The notes below the pieces were generated by a model that had not been told where the DNA came from, ran no database searches, and saw only the letters and a list, made by a program, of their open reading frames with translations. Positions 61,171 through 64,000 of a DNA stretch of 64,000 bases are shown piece after piece. The translations under genes were made by a program, and so were the position numbers. Position 1 is the first letter of the stretch. Every line of letters begins with the position of its first letter. Source of the stretch: Tubiluchus corallicola (lineage: Eukaryota; Animalia; Priapulida); assembly GCA_030141605.1 (NCBI GenBank), contig JAQGDQ010000284.1:1-64000 (forward strand), in the 5' to 3' direction.

Positions 61171-64000
61171 GTTTCGGAGAGGATTTCTCTTGGAATTCCA
61201 TGACGGCAAATGAATTGGAGTAAAGCACGAGCTACAGCTGAGGCAGTTTCCGATTCTAAAGCATAGGCATCTGGGTACCTCGTAGCCTGGTCCACATTGA
61301 CAAGTGCATATTTACTTCCAGATCTGGTACGGGGCAAAGGACCAATTAAATCGATGCAGATTTGTGCAAAGGGTTCCTTTATAACAGGCAATGGCTTAAG
61401 TGGGGCTCGATCTGCTTTGTGAAGTCTAGATGCTTTTTGGCAAGCAGGACAAGAACGAACATAGTTTTTAATGCATGTCAAAATTTTTGGCCAATGGTAA
61501 TGTGCCAAGACCCTATCAATGGTCTTCCACATACCCTGATGAGCAGAAGGCAATTTATCATGGGCCAACTCCAGCACTTGTTGCCTTCGAGGCTTTGGTA
61601 CCACCAGCAAATCAGTCGGCATACCACGTGAACTTCAACGCATCGTGTGCAACACGTTCTCACGCAAAAAGTATCCATTTCCTTGCTCCTGGCACTCTGC
61701 TTCAGGTTTCACCTGGTCAAACAGATTTCTCAGGGTAATATCATTCTTTTGCTCTCTTGCCAAATCTGCACGGCTCATTAAGTCGATTAACACTTGTTGT
61801 TTTTGTGCTTGGGCAAATCTTTTTCGAGGCAATGGAATGTCAGAAGCTTTCAACCGCTGAGCTTCTTGTTCTTCCTTTTCTCGTGTGGCTTCAGCTTTCG
61901 CAGCTGAGCGAGTCATCACGGGCAAGCTGACAGTTTTTGGCTGTCCATCCTGCCTCTGTTGCTTATAAAGTTGTGTCTCACCATTTGGTGTACCAGGAAA
62001 GGCCTCGTTCTTTTGCTTGGACTTCTCTAGCAGAAATGGACTGATTTCTGTAATGAAGTCATTTCCTAACAAGAGAGGGACTGGGCTGCCCACAGACACT
62101 GCAACAGTCAAATACCCTGTGGCATATGGTGACTCCAGTTCTACAACTGCTACCGGGCAAGATTTATCACAACTGTGAATACATAATAAGTCATGGCTAA
62201 CTCCATCGACATACTGTTCGGAGAGTACAAATCTAGGGTTACAACACTGTGTGTCGCACCAGTGTCTCTGAGTCTGACAATTTCCTGACCGTTCAACTTG
62301 GCAGAAAAATAAGGCTCACCGGATATGCACTTCTCAGGACAGCTTGCAGCTGTAGTAGCATCAGGAGATGAGTGCACAGCTATCAGCTGTTTAGATGACT
62401 TGCCTCTCTCTTGAGGCAGAATTTGCTTATTCCTATCAGATGTGACCATTGTTTTATGCGGGCACGTTGCAGGATAATGACCCTGTTGTCCACAACGAGA
62501 GCAACGCATTCGTAATATTGGGGGACCTGACTTCAGCTGTTCACGTGAATTTACACTAGGCTTTGGTTCCTTAAGTCGGTGTCCAGGGAGTCTACCAAAA
62601 CTCACTCGTGGTCCCTGAGCAGAGAGGTAGGCGTCAGCTTTCTCTGCTACTTCGTCTACATCATAGATAGCATTCTTTTTCAGCCATAACGTCACCTCAT
62701 TTGGCAAAACCGTCATAAGGTGCTCATATACGACTAAGTCCAATGCCTCTTGTTTAGTTTTTACCGACATAGCTGTAGCCCAATTATTTACTACTTGACG
62801 CAGGCGAACTATGGTCTGTTTACATGTTTCATCGTGCCGTTTAATCATTTCACGAAAGGCTAGTCTGTAACCCTCCGGAGTTATCATGTAAGCATCCAAA
62901 ATGGCCGCTTTTACTTTAGGGTAAGGCCTTATATCTTCGTCGCTGATAAGCTGAAAAGCGTAGCTGGCTTTCCCTGAAAGATGAGGTGCTAGGTACCCAG
63001 ACATACACTCTTCTGGAATACCATTCACTTTGCAGGATTTCTCATAATACATCAACCACTCAAGAATGGACTCTCCTTCTCCTTCTTTAATAGGGCACAC
63101 TTTCCAGATGTTGGACGACTGGGAACCTGGAGAAGACTGCTCGCCAACTGAAGAGACATTAGCACCTGGATTAGAGTGTTCCGTTCTCTGTAACTCCAAG
63201 TCACGTCGCTTCTGTTCTTCTTGGGCTTTCCATTCTCTTTCTCTTTCTCTTGTCTGTCTGCCTCACGCTCATGTCGACGCTCTTGTAATTCAAGTTCTCT
63301 TATCTGCCATTCTCGGTCTCTTTCTCTCAGCCTGTCTTTGTATCTCATTTCTGTTTCAACCATCCGGTTTCTTTCCAACTCCCGGATTAACTGTATTTTC
63401 TCATTAGGTGGAAGGCCTGTTAAATCATAACCTCTCGATTGATTGGCTTCATCTGTAACAGGGGTTGCAAATGGTTGATGCCTTGATAACTCTGGTAAAC
63501 TGAAACTCGGGGATGGTTGGGCTAGAGTTGTTGAGTCGGATATAGCTCCTCTCACAGCTCCGCCCACATTTATTGTATCTAGTAAAACATTGCCTGCTGT
63601 TTCACCTACATTGTTATTATTTAGCTGTACAGGTGAAAATGTGTGCGTGTGCTCGATATGTGATTCAGGAGCTTCAACTCCTGATTCTTTTTGTAATTCT
63701 TCTTGTTTTTGTAGTATTGCATTAGTTAACAAATCACGCCTTTTAGGCAAACCCTTCATGCCTAACTGCACTATAGCAAATGCACGTAAGTCTGCGAACG
63801 GCATTTCATCAAGTTGTGCGGGGGTTTTCGTTGATATATCGTCCATGCTAACACTGAACTGCACAATACTACAAATCAAAATCACGCACCTTCACAACCA
63901 AAACTCACTACACTTTCACTACAAGTAAACTATCACCAAATCTGGACAAACCTGTAAGCTCAATTCACCACCAAAACTCTCGGTAACAAAGTGGTAACAG
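61171..64000 (-). mobile_element. Gmr1-like Ty3/Gypsy LTR retrotransposon (gag-SCAN-CCHC-protease-integrase), frameshifted and truncated
   Basis: SCAN-like PEGYRLAFR...KADAY, CSRCGQQGHYPATC knuckle, DTGA protease, then integrase HHCC (AHD..H..CPAC) and IDLIGPLP core with no RT in between. Confidence 0.88.

Overview
AT-rich metazoan (invertebrate-like) genomic DNA with spliceosomal introns, not prokaryotic. Three conserved multi-exon genes were reconstructed by hand. The first is the last three coding exons of a FEZ1/FEZ2/UNC-76 orthologue (+; 1375-13991). The second is a complete SRSF4/5/6 (B52/SRp55-type) SR-protein gene (-; 18244-27489) with candidate poison exons. The third is the first nine coding exons of INO80 (+; 42953-53400), which continues beyond the window and apparently has a GC-AG intron. 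Three intronless lineage-specific genes lie between or inside these: two orphan class A GPCRs (one nested antisense in an INO80 intron between 1-kb direct repeats) and an ankyrin-repeat/SOCS-box gene with a single homopolymer frameshift. The rest is repeat-rich: 24-, 30-, 60-, 83- and 137-bp tandem arrays; hAT-, piggyBac-, Kolobok- and Tc1/mariner-type MITEs; non-autonomous Helitrons; CR1-type 3' ends; a 5S-rRNA-headed SINE; Penelope GIY-YIG and Gypsy RT/RNaseH remnants; and a Gmr1-like (SCAN-gag, PR-INT order) LTR element. No clear new molecular system is proven. The best leads are the 83-bp array built from splice-site units, the shared stem-loop motif in three amplified retroposon ends, the 5S-SINE, the Helitron-bracketed gene island and the repeat-flanked nested GPCR. 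Family assignments come from motif recognition, not database searches.
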